Assembly (NCBI GenBank): GCA_036561265.1
Contig: DATBPO010000141.1
Location: forward strand, 1-33,137
From: Solirubrobacteraceae bacterium
Lineage (GTDB): Bacteria > Actinomycetota > Thermoleophilia > Solirubrobacterales > Solirubrobacteraceae
Direction: 5' to 3'
DNA: 33,137 nt
The notes beneath the pieces were generated by a model. That model was not told the origin of the DNA, did not search any database, and saw only the letters and a list, made by a program, of their open reading frames with translations. Positions 25,350 through 33,137 of this stretch are shown here, one piece after another (the stretch's first letter is position 1; every line of letters begins with the position of its first letter). A program made the position numbers and the translations under genes.

Positions 25350-26240
25350 TCATCGCCTCGCCACACTCACAAGCGGCGGGCGCTCCTGCAGCTCAGGCGC
25401 GGCCAACCCCTCCGGCGCCAGGCGGCCTTCGCGCTCCAAGCGCACGGCAATCGTCGCCAGCACGGTCTGCGCCATCGCGGACAGCGAGGACAGCGACTGA
25501 TGTGTGTTCCTATGCACATCTAAATCGACCTGCGCGACCCCCACCCCCCCTAAAAAATTCCAGGCATCCAAAAGCATGCCGATCTCCACACCGTAGCCAG
25601 CTGTGAACGGGAGCCTTTCAAACAGCTCGCGCCGCGCGGCGACCTCGCCGGCCAGCGGCTGGCGCACACCCGCGAGCTCGGGGTAGAACAGCGCGAGCGC
25701 GGGGCGCGCAACGAGGTGATTGACGCGCCCGCCCCCCTCGGGCAGCGAGATGCCTTCGTGCTCGAAGGGGCGGCGGTAGAAGCCCTTCACGAACGACACC
25801 TCCGGCTCGCACACCAGCGGCCCCAGCACGCCCGTGGCGAAGTGCGCCAGGAAGTCGTGGGTGTCGGCGTCGAGGAAGCACACCAGATCGCCCTCGAGCA
25901 CGCTGAGGGCGCGCCACATGGCATCGCCCTTGCCCTGTACGGGGCCGAACTCGCTCAGCAGCTCGGCCTCCTGGTAGACGAGGGCACCGGCGCGCTCGGC
26001 TAACGCGGCAGTCCCATCGCGCGAGCCGGCATCGATCACCACGACCTCATCGATCGCGCCTGCCTCCTGCAGGGGCACGAGCGCGCCCACGACCTGCGCG
26101 ACCGTCGCGGCGCACTCGCGCGCGGGCAGGCACACGGAGATGCTCAGCTCGCCGCGCTCGGCCGCGATGCGCTGCGCCGGGTAGGAGGAATGGTGGAAGG
26201 TGCGGGCTTTCGCCCACTGCTCGGCGGCGGTGGCGGGCAT
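25350..26240 (-). CDS. gpgS: Glucosyl-3-phosphoglycerate synthase (GT81)
   Basis: VCLPA, D.GSRDGT, GKGDAMWR, FLDAD, KGFYRRP, GGRV, QPLAGE, GYGVEIG, QVDL..H..H. Start ATG 26240. Confidence 0.9.
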   Translation of the reverse strand: MPATAAEQWAKARTFHHSSYPAQRIAAERGELSISVCLPARECAATVAQVVGALVPLQEAGAIDEVVVIDAGSRDGTAALAERAGALVYQEAELLSEFGPVQGKGDAMWRALSVLEGDLVCFLDADTHDFLAHFATGVLGPLVCEPEVSFVKGFYRRPFEHEGISLPEGGGRVNHLVARPALALFYPELAGVRQPLAGEVAARRELFERLPFTAGYGVEIGMLLDAWNFLGGVGVAQVDLDVHRNTHQSLSSLSAMAQTVLATIAVRLEREGRLAPEGLAAPELQERPPLVSVARR

Positions 26241-26260
26241 GGCCTCTACTATCGCAATCC

Positions 26261-28612
26261 ATGGCGATCGAGCGAACATTGGAGCCCTGGAGCGCGCTGC
26301 TTGAGGCCGGCGAGCAGGATGGTCGCCTGGTACGCGAGGCGCGGGAGGGACCAAGTGAGGCAACGCTTGTGGAGGCGCCCGCCGAGCTCCACCCCCAGGT
26401 GCTGGAGGCGCTCCAGCGCACGGGCATCGAGCAGCTGTACTCCCACCAGGAGCAGGCGCTCCACGCCGCCTGGGCGGGCCCCACGATCGTCACCACCGGC
26501 ACGGCCTCGGGCAAGTCGTTGTGCTTCAACCTGCCCACGCTCGACGTGCTGTGCCGCGATCCGAAGGCGCGCGCGCTCTACCTCTATCCCACGAAGGCCC
26601 TCGCGCAGGACCAGGCGCGGGCGCTGAATGCGTTTGGGCTACACGAACGCGTGCGACCGGCGATCTACGACGGCGACACCCCCAAGGAGTCGCGCAGGGA
26701 CATCCGCCGCCGCGCCAATGTGGTGTTGACCAACCCCGACATGTTGCACGTGGGCATCCTGCCCCACCACCAGGCGTGGGCCGAGCTGTGGGCCAACCTG
26801 GCGGTGGTGGTGATCGATGAGGCCCATGTGTACCGCGGCGTGTTTGGCTCACACGTGGCCAACGTGCTGCGCCGCCTGCGCCGCATCGCCTCGGGCTACG
26901 GCACGGAGCCGCGCTTCCTGCTGACCTCGGCGACGATCGCCAACCCGGTGGAGCTGGCCGAGCGACTGACGGGCTTGGAGGACATCACGCTGATCGACGA
27001 GGACGGTTCGCCGGCGCCGCAGCGGCGCATCGCGGTGTGGAACCCGCCGCTCACCGATGAAGAGCTCGGCACGCGCCGCTCGGCGCTGGGCGAGGCCGGG
27101 GAGCTGCTGGCAGCGCTGGTCCGTGACGGTGCGCGGGCTATCTGTTTCATGAAGTCGCGCAAGGGGGTGGAGCTCTTGAGCCGCCTCGTCAAGGAGGAGT
27201 TGCACGACACCCACCCCGAGCTGGCGGAGCTGGTGGAGCCCTATCGCGCCGGCTACACCCCCCAGCAGCGACGCGAGCTGGAGGGCCGCCTAACGCGCGG
27301 CGAGCTGCGCGCGGTGATCACCACGGACGCGCTTGAGCTGGGCATCGACATCGGCGAGCTCGACGCCGCGGTGGTCGTCACGTTCCCCGGCACCGTCGCC
27401 TCGCTGCGCCAGATGTGGGGGCGGGCCGGGCGGCGCGGGCGGGGCCTCGCGCTGTATGTCGCCGGCGAGGACGCGCTGGATCAGTTCTTCTGCCGCCACC
27501 CCGAGGACTTTCTGGAGCGCCCGGTGGAGGCCGCGATCCTCGACCACGAGAGCCCCGAGATCCACGCCGCCCACCTGCTGTGCGCCGCCTTCGAGGCGCC
27601 GTTGTCAAGCGAGGACGCCGAGATCCTGGGACCGCGCTGGGAGGCTTACGCCGAGGCGCTCGTCAGCGCCGGGGAGCTGCGCAAGCGCACGAGTCGACAG
27701 GCCAATGCGGACTCCGCAAATGCCGCCGCTGGCGGCAGAGCACTGTACGTGCCGCGCAACCCCGGCGACTACCCCCCGGCGCGGGTCTCGCTGCGCTCGG
27801 CCTCACCCGACAGTTTCGCCATCGTCAACGTGTCAAGCGGCGAGTTGCTCGGCACCACCGAGGCCGCGCGCGCTCACTCGACCGTGCACCAGGGCGCCAT
27901 CTACCACCACCAGGGCCGCTCCTATGAGGTGCAGGCGCTCGACGTGGAGCGCCGCCAGGCACTGGTCAAGCCCTTCGAGGGCGACTGGTACACGCGCCCC
28001 AAGCGCGAGACCGACACGACCATCGAGCGTCTGCTCGACCGGCGCGAGGCGCTTGGCGTGAAGCTGTCCTTCGGCCAGGTGAGCGTGACCGAGACGGTGC
28101 TCGCCTACCAGCGCGTGCGCGTGAGCGACCACTCGCAGGTGGACCTCGTCACGCTCGATCTCCCCCAGACGAGCTTCACGACGCAGGCGCTGTGGTACGA
28201 GCTCGACGCGCAGCAGCTTGCCGAAATGGTCTCAATGGAGAAACTGCTCGGCACCCTGCACGCCGTCGAGCACGCCCAGATCGCGGTGCTGCCGCTGCTG
28301 GCGATGTGCGACCGCTGGGACATCGGCGGCCTCTCCACCAATCTGCACCCCCAGACGGCGGGGCCGACGATCTTCATCTACGACGGGCACCCCGGCGGCG
28401 TGGGCATCACGCGCACGGCCTTCGCGCGCTTTGAGGAGCTCTGCCAGGACGCGCAGCGCCTGATCAGCGAGTGCCCCTGCACGCAGGCCGGCGGCTGCCC
28501 GTCGTGCGTGCAGTCGCCCAAGTGCGGCAACCTCAACGAACCGCTCTCCAAGGCCGGCGCTGGGTTGATGCTGAGCGGGATGCTGGAGGCCCTCGCGGGT
28601 GTGCCGGCTTGA
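26261..28612 (+). CDS. SF2 DEAH helicase with C-terminal DUF1998 zinc domain (SftH/MrfA/Hrq1-like)
   Basis: HQ Q-motif, TGTASGKS, PTKAL, DEAH, SAT, LELGID, QMWGRAGR, YDGHPGG.G, C.C...GCPSC...KC. Confidence 0.93.
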   Translation: MAIERTLEPWSALLEAGEQDGRLVREAREGPSEATLVEAPAELHPQVLEALQRTGIEQLYSHQEQALHAAWAGPTIVTTGTASGKSLCFNLPTLDVLCRDPKARALYLYPTKALAQDQARALNAFGLHERVRPAIYDGDTPKESRRDIRRRANVVLTNPDMLHVGILPHHQAWAELWANLAVVVIDEAHVYRGVFGSHVANVLRRLRRIASGYGTEPRFLLTSATIANPVELAERLTGLEDITLIDEDGSPAPQRRIAVWNPPLTDEELGTRRSALGEAGELLAALVRDGARAICFMKSRKGVELLSRLVKEELHDTHPELAELVEPYRAGYTPQQRRELEGRLTRGELRAVITTDALELGIDIGELDAAVVVTFPGTVASLRQMWGRAGRRGRGLALYVAGEDALDQFFCRHPEDFLERPVEAAILDHESPEIHAAHLLCAAFEAPLSSEDAEILGPRWEAYAEALVSAGELRKRTSRQANADSANAAAGGRALYVPRNPGDYPPARVSLRSASPDSFAIVNVSSGELLGTTEAARAHSTVHQGAIYHHQGRSYEVQALDVERRQALVKPFEGDWYTRPKRETDTTIERLLDRREALGVKLSFGQVSVTETVLAYQRVRVSDHSQVDLVTLDLPQTSFTTQALWYELDAQQLAEMVSMEKLLGTLHAVEHAQIAVLPLLAMCDRWDIGGLSTNLHPQTAGPTIFIYDGHPGGVGITRTAFARFEELCQDAQRLISECPCTQAGGCPSCVQSPKCGNLNEPLSKAGAGLMLSGMLEALAGVPA

Positions 28613-28636
28613 GTCTCGTGTGCCGGCTTGAGCCTC
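28599..28636 (+). repeat. 19-bp tandem duplication spanning the helicase stop codon
   Basis: GTGTGCCGGCTTGAGTCTC / GTGTGCCGGCTTGAGCCTC. Confidence 0.85.
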
Positions 28637-28640
28637 GGCG

Positions 28641-29969
28641 CTATGCCGTCTGATTGCCGCGGGCGATCCGGCGCAGGTCGATCGTCTCGTCGTAGAGCTT
28701 GGCGTCGACCCCTTCCTCCAGGGCGACATCACGCAGGGGCCGCCCCGAGTCGGTGGCCTTCTTGACGATCGCTGTGCCGAGGTCATAGCCAATCGCGCCG
28801 TTCAAGGCGGTGGCCACAGCGAGGGTGGCCCCGGCGGAGGCGTCGGTGCCGGCGCGGTTGGCGCGCAGCCCGTCGACGCACTTCTCGGCAAAGGCGCGCG
28901 AGGCGCTTGCGAGCAGGTGCAGCGACTGCAAGAGGTTGCGCGCGATCAGCGGGATGCGGACGTTGAGCTCGAACTGCCCCTGCAGGCCGCCGACGGTGAT
29001 GGCGGTGTCGTTGCCGATGACCTGGGCGCAGACCTGCAGGACGACCTCGGGGATGACGGGGTTGACCTTGCCGGGCATGATCGAGGAGCCCTTCTGGAGC
29101 TCGGGCAGGAAGAGCTCGCCGATGCCGGCGCGCGGTCCGGAGCCCATCAGGGCGAGGTCCCCGGCGATCTTGGTCAGCGAGACGGCCACGACCTTCAGGG
29201 CGCCGGAGAGCTCCACGAGGGCATCGCGGTTGGCCTGGGCCTCGAAGGGATCGAGCGGCGGGGCGATCTGCTTGAGACCCGAGTCCTTCTTCAGGCGCGC
29301 GCGCACCTTCTGCGCGAAGCGGGGATGCGTGTTGAGGCCGGTCCCCGTAGCGGTCCCCCCCAGCGGGATCTGCCCGACGTGCACAAGCGCGGCCTGCACG
29401 CGCTCCTGCCCGAGCGCCATCTGCGCGGCGTAGCCAGCGAACTCCTGGCCGAGGGTGACGGGGACGGCGTCCATCAGGTGCGTGCGCCCGGCCTTGACGA
29501 CGTTCTCAAAGCTCTTGGCCTTCTTGGCGAACGCCCGCTCGAGCTGCTTCAGAGCGGGCAGCAGCTCGTTGCTGGCGATATCGAGCGCGGCGAGATGCAC
29601 GGCCGAGGGGAAGACGTCGTTGGAGGACTGCCCCATGTTGACGTGGTCGTTGGGGTGCACGCTGGAGCCGGCGAGGCTGGCGATGACCTCGTTGGCATTA
29701 GTGTTGGTCGAGGTCCCCGAGCCGGTCTGAAAGACGTCGATCGGAAACTGGGCGTCGTGCTTGCCGGCGGCGATCTCCGCGGCGGCCTTCTCGATGCGAC
29801 CCGCACGCCGCTTCTCCAGCAGCCCGAGCTCGCCGTTGACGGCCGCGGCGGCCCCCTTCAGGCGCGCGAGCCAGCGCACCACGGACACCGGCACGGTCTC
29901 GCCGGAGATGGGGAAGTTCTCCACGGCCTTGGCGGTCTCCCCGCCCCACAGCTGCTGGGTCTGCGTCAT
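28641..29969 (-). CDS. fumC: Fumarate hydratase class II
   Basis: FQTGSGTS.N.NANE, HPNDHVN.GQSSND, GRTHLMDA, GSSIMPGKVNP, GQFELN. SD AAGGAG. Confidence 0.95.
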   Translation of the reverse strand: MTQTQQLWGGETAKAVENFPISGETVPVSVVRWLARLKGAAAAVNGELGLLEKRRAGRIEKAAAEIAAGKHDAQFPIDVFQTGSGTSTNTNANEVIASLAGSSVHPNDHVNMGQSSNDVFPSAVHLAALDIASNELLPALKQLERAFAKKAKSFENVVKAGRTHLMDAVPVTLGQEFAGYAAQMALGQERVQAALVHVGQIPLGGTATGTGLNTHPRFAQKVRARLKKDSGLKQIAPPLDPFEAQANRDALVELSGALKVVAVSLTKIAGDLALMGSGPRAGIGELFLPELQKGSSIMPGKVNPVIPEVVLQVCAQVIGNDTAITVGGLQGQFELNVRIPLIARNLLQSLHLLASASRAFAEKCVDGLRANRAGTDASAGATLAVATALNGAIGYDLGTAIVKKATDSGRPLRDVALEEGVDAKLYDETIDLRRIARGNQTA

Positions 29970-30063
29970 CGGGTCTCCTTGAAATGATTTTTTTGAGGAG
30001 CGGCCTTACGGCCGCGTGTGGGCCGCGCATCGCCCGTCTATCGGCGTCGCCGTAACCGGGACG

Positions 30064-30912
30064 TTATCCGCAGAAGGCGGCAAGCTCCCTGGCGACCCCC
30101 ACGGGATCGTCGTAGGCCATCAGAAAGCCCGTGCCCGAGAGCACGCGCAACTGCGCGCCTGGAAGCAGCCGCAGTGTCTCTTCGGCCTGCGCGAGGGGGT
30201 GCAGATGATCGCTGTCGGCCCAGAGCAGAAGCACGGGCATGCGCAGGCGCGGGTAGGCACGCTCGAGCAGCTCCCGCTGCCAGGGCTCTCCCTGCGGCCA
30301 GCGCCGCGCACACTTGGCCCAGGAGCGGGCGAGGTTGGAGTTGCCGGGCACGTCGGCAAATGCCTGGCGCATGAGGTCGCGCGCGGCGGGCTCGCGGCGG
30401 GCGGAGAGGCGCAGGCCGAGTTCCGGTGTGAAGACCGCGCGCGTGCCGTAGCTGAGCAGGCGATCCACACCAGGGATGGCGCCGGCGCAGGTCGCAGCGC
30501 GCCAGGCCGCTCGCAGCAAGGGGCGCTGGGGCGCGAAGTGCAGGCGATTTGGCAGCAGCACTAACCGCGCGGGATCCAGACGCGCGCTGGCGATGGCGTG
30601 CAGCAGGATGTCGGCGCCGGCGTCGTGGCCGCCGATCAGCGGGCGCGGCCCGAGCACGTCGGCGGCGAAACCCGCGATGACCTCGGCGAACCAGTCGATC
30701 GTGTAGGGGTGGCGGGGACGGTCCTCGGAGTCCCCGTGCAGGGGCAGATCGGGGAGCACCACGCGGAAGCGATCGCTGAGGTGTGCCACGAGCGGCAGGA
30801 ACTCCTGGTGGGAGAGCATCGCGGAGTGCAGGAGCGCCAGCGGCGGCCCGGTGCCCAGTTCGCGGTAGGCCACGCGGGCGCCGTCGTGGTGGTGGTAGAG
30901 ACGCAGCTTCAT
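30064..30912 (-). CDS. Alpha/beta-hydrolase-fold protein, probably degenerate catalytic triad
   Basis: GPPLALLHS, DLPLHGDS, IGGHDAGA elbow, PVLLLWADSD. C-terminal GTGF where G-H is expected. TAGGAT lies 6 nt before the ATG. Confidence 0.85.
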   Translation of the reverse strand: MKLRLYHHHDGARVAYRELGTGPPLALLHSAMLSHQEFLPLVAHLSDRFRVVLPDLPLHGDSEDRPRHPYTIDWFAEVIAGFAADVLGPRPLIGGHDAGADILLHAIASARLDPARLVLLPNRLHFAPQRPLLRAAWRAATCAGAIPGVDRLLSYGTRAVFTPELGLRLSARREPAARDLMRQAFADVPGNSNLARSWAKCARRWPQGEPWQRELLERAYPRLRMPVLLLWADSDHLHPLAQAEETLRLLPGAQLRVLSGTGFLMAYDDPVGVARELAAFCG

Positions 30913-31035
30913 GGCGCAATCCTAGGCAGGCGTCGCCGGCCCGGCGGGCTCTCCTGCGCGTGCACGATCCCATCCAGCTTGCAGCGACCCTTGCGCACCT
31001 TGCGCAATGCGGCGCAAAGGTGAACATTGCACAGC

Positions 31036-31956
31036 GTGAGCGTAATCCGCACCAACGCCGCGGCGGCGATGCTGGGCGTGAGCCCTAACACCCTGCGCAG
31101 CTGGGAGCGCCGTTTCAGCTACCCATCGCCGCGCCGCAGCGAGGGCGGCCATCGCCAGTTCGAGCTGGCCGAGATCGAAGCGCTGCGTCGGGCCTTCGCG
31201 GAGACACACAACATCTCCTCGGCCATTGCGATCGCACGCGAGCGCGGCACGAGCGCGGGGTCGATCGGCACGCTGTGCGAGGCGCTGCAGGCGTTCGATC
31301 AGGAGCGCGCCGACCGCGTACTCGAGGAGAGCCTGGCGATACGCTCGCTCGAGCGCACCGTGGAGTCGACGCTACTGCCGGCGGTGCAGTCGCTACGAGG
31401 CATCGGGGGCGAGGGGTGCGAGACCCAGAGCGCTCCACCGGAGTACGGCTTCGCGTGGCGCTACGCGACGGGCTGGCTGGCGGCGGCGCAGCGGGTGGCA
31501 GCGCCAGCGACGCGCGAGCACGGGGTGGTGATCTTCGACGCCAGCCGCCCACAGGCCGTGGACGCGGTGTACGTGCAGGCGCTCGAGCTGTTCCTGCGCC
31601 GTGCTGGGTGGCGTGTGCTGACACTGCCGGTGCAGCTGCAGACCGCGCGCCTGAGCGGAGCCCTGACGGCGCTGCAGCCACAGGCGGTGGTCCTGGGCGG
31701 CAGGGGCGCTTCGCTGGATGTGCTGGGCCGGCTGGTGTACGCGGTCAGACAGATCAGCGGGCAGGTACAGGTGCTCGACTACCGCGACGCGCTGCCCGAT
31801 ACGGGCGCGAGCACAGTTACACGGCTAGGCAGCGAACCGCAGGCCGCAGCGCAGGTGCTGAACGCCCATCTTGACTCCGCGAGCTCAAACCGTCGCAACG
31901 ACAGGGACGCGGTCGTCGATCAGCATGTGCCGCCAGCGCGCGCGCAGCGTGGGTAG
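31036..31956 (+). CDS. MerR-family regulator with degenerate CarH/LitR-type cobalamin-binding domain
   Basis: GVSPNTLRSWERRFSYPSPRRSEGGHRQF HTH, a helical bundle, then a Rossmann-like LRRAGWRVLTL..P.AVVL. Start likely GTG 31036 (or TTG 31027). Confidence 0.85.
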   Translation: MSVIRTNAAAAMLGVSPNTLRSWERRFSYPSPRRSEGGHRQFELAEIEALRRAFAETHNISSAIAIARERGTSAGSIGTLCEALQAFDQERADRVLEESLAIRSLERTVESTLLPAVQSLRGIGGEGCETQSAPPEYGFAWRYATGWLAAAQRVAAPATREHGVVIFDASRPQAVDAVYVQALELFLRRAGWRVLTLPVQLQTARLSGALTALQPQAVVLGGRGASLDVLGRLVYAVRQISGQVQVLDYRDALPDTGASTVTRLGSEPQAAAQVLNAHLDSASSNRRNDRDAVVDQHVPPARAQRG

Positions 31957-33137
31957 CAGCGCCAGCCAGAGCCCGGCGAGCGCAAAGGCGCAGAACAGGC
32001 CCAGGTCGATCAGCCCGTGAGGGTTGAGCGTCCGCGCAAGTACTAGTACGGGCAGCGTCCACAGCACGATCGGCACGTAGCCGGGCAGCAGCACCTCGCG
32101 GGCGTAGCGAAGCCTGGGAATGCCCACCCTGCTCAGCGCGAAGTGCATCCACAGCGGCAGGCCCAGCCAGGCTGGGATGACCGTGCCCCAGATCACGCCG
32201 ACGGTGCCCCAGGCGATTGTCAGGGCGATCGAGAGCCCGAGCGTGAGCGCCGCAGTTGCGCAGGTGAGCCAGACAAACGCGCGGATGCGCCCGATGCCGA
32301 CGATTGCGCTGACGAGCACTCCGGTATTGGCGCCGATCAGCCAGTAGGAGACGAAGATCTGCACGTAGTTGGCGTAACGGCCGTAGCCGGGGCCGATCCA
32401 GGCTTCGACCATCGGCTGCGCCAGCACCATGATGAGCACCACGAACGGAACGGTGAGCACGACCGCATACAGCGATCCCACGAGCGCGAGCTCGCGCAGC
32501 CGCTCGGCGCGATCCTGCGCGATCAGGCGCGAGGAGGTGGACACTAGCGCCGAGCCGACGAGACCCGCTATCAGGCGCACCGCCGTCTGGGGACGCAGCG
32601 CCACCTCATACACGACGAGCGCTGCGGCGCCCACGAAGGCGGTGACGATGATGCGATCGCTCTCGTAGATGAGGGTGTCCGAGAGGCCGACCAGAAACAG
32701 CCCTGCGCTGAAGCCCATCGCCGGGCGAAGGTGCGGACCGCGCCAGCGACCGACACCACGCCGCAGACCCAGATGCGGCCAGGCAAGCACGCTGGCGAGG
32801 ACGCCTTCGAGCACGAACACACAGCCGAACACCCCCGTCAAGATCGCCACAGAGTGCGTCCACTGGCTCACCATGTACATCAATCCGAGCGTCAGCACCG
32901 CGCAGAAGATCTCGATCAAGGCAGACATGTCGTAGCGCTCCAAACCACGCAGCGATGCCTGCCCGATGCGCAACGGCCAGTAGACCAGGGCGACAGCCGC
33001 GGCGACCAGCAGCGTCGGCACCGCCTGTGAGCGCACCGAGGGACCGCTGAACAGGGCTTCACCGGCGAGCAGCCCCAATGCTGCCACCGCCGCGGCGACG
33101 ATCGCCCCGAGCCCCAGCAGCAACAGCAGCGAAGCGC
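31885..33137 (-). CDS. Oligosaccharide flippase (Wzx/MATE-like), 5' end outside window
   Basis: More than 10 TM helices, DRIIV..FVG...YEVA motif, and WIG..Y. The ORF runs off the window edge. Confidence 0.8.
   Translation of the reverse strand, partial: ASLLLLLGLGAIVAAAVAALGLLAGEALFSGPSVRSQAVPTLLVAAAVALVYWPLRIGQASLRGLERYDMSALIEIFCAVLTLGLMYMVSQWTHSVAILTGVFGCVFVLEGVLASVLAWPHLGLRRGVGRWRGPHLRPAMGFSAGLFLVGLSDTLIYESDRIIVTAFVGAAALVVYEVALRPQTAVRLIAGLVGSALVSTSSRLIAQDRAERLRELALVGSLYAVVLTVPFVVLIMVLAQPMVEAWIGPGYGRYANYVQIFVSYWLIGANTGVLVSAIVGIGRIRAFVWLTCATAALTLGLSIALTIAWGTVGVIWGTVIPAWLGLPLWMHFALSRVGIPRLRYAREVLLPGYVPIVLWTLPVLVLARTLNPHGLIDLGLFCAFALAGLWLALLPTLRARWRHMLIDDRVPVVATV

Noticed and set aside
26261-28612. 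DISARM/Druantia-type defence system from the DUF1998 helicase
   Set aside because: No partner defence genes are nearby. Architecture and housekeeping context fit a stand-alone SftH/MrfA-like repair helicase.
31885-31956. 72-bp convergent overlap of the regulator and flippase (also 44 bp at 8507-8550)
   Set aside because: Short 3' overlaps with non-conserved-looking tails are common in high-GC genomes.

Overview
High-GC actinobacterial chromosomal window. Protein styles and the many leaderless TANNNT promoters suggest Thermoleophilia/Solirubrobacterales, which is an inference. It is mostly housekeeping: the end of cysH, cysD, cysN, an acyl-CoA carboxylase alpha subunit, sucCD, gpsA, gpgS plus a HAD phosphatase, fumC, a DUF1998 helicase, a DtxR-family regulator, an aminotransferase and a lactone oxidase/PLP-enzyme pair. 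Membrane glycosylation genes are interspersed (GT2, two GT-C-like proteins, a flippase). I saw no tRNA, rRNA, CRISPR array or transposase. The most unusual items are: (1) a ~190-nt multi-hairpin RNA candidate behind a palindromic operator pair and a TTGACG -35 box in the cysN-accA gap, followed by a MITE-like palindrome; (2) an AT-rich 180-bp element with 43-bp inverted arms and three copies of one motif, upstream of an orphan CopG/BrnA-like RHH gene; (3) a single-ORF fusion of a Prim-PolC-type polymerase with a LigC-type ligase; (4) a divergent pair of apparently degenerate proteins (alpha/beta hydrolase lacking the catalytic His, CarH-like MerR regulator lacking the B12-binding His) around a phased TnnRCA repeat array; (5) an internally deleted glycerate-kinase-like protein; and (6) repeated tandem duplications of gene 3' ends and in-frame palindromic insertions. 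All calls were made by eye and no searches were run.
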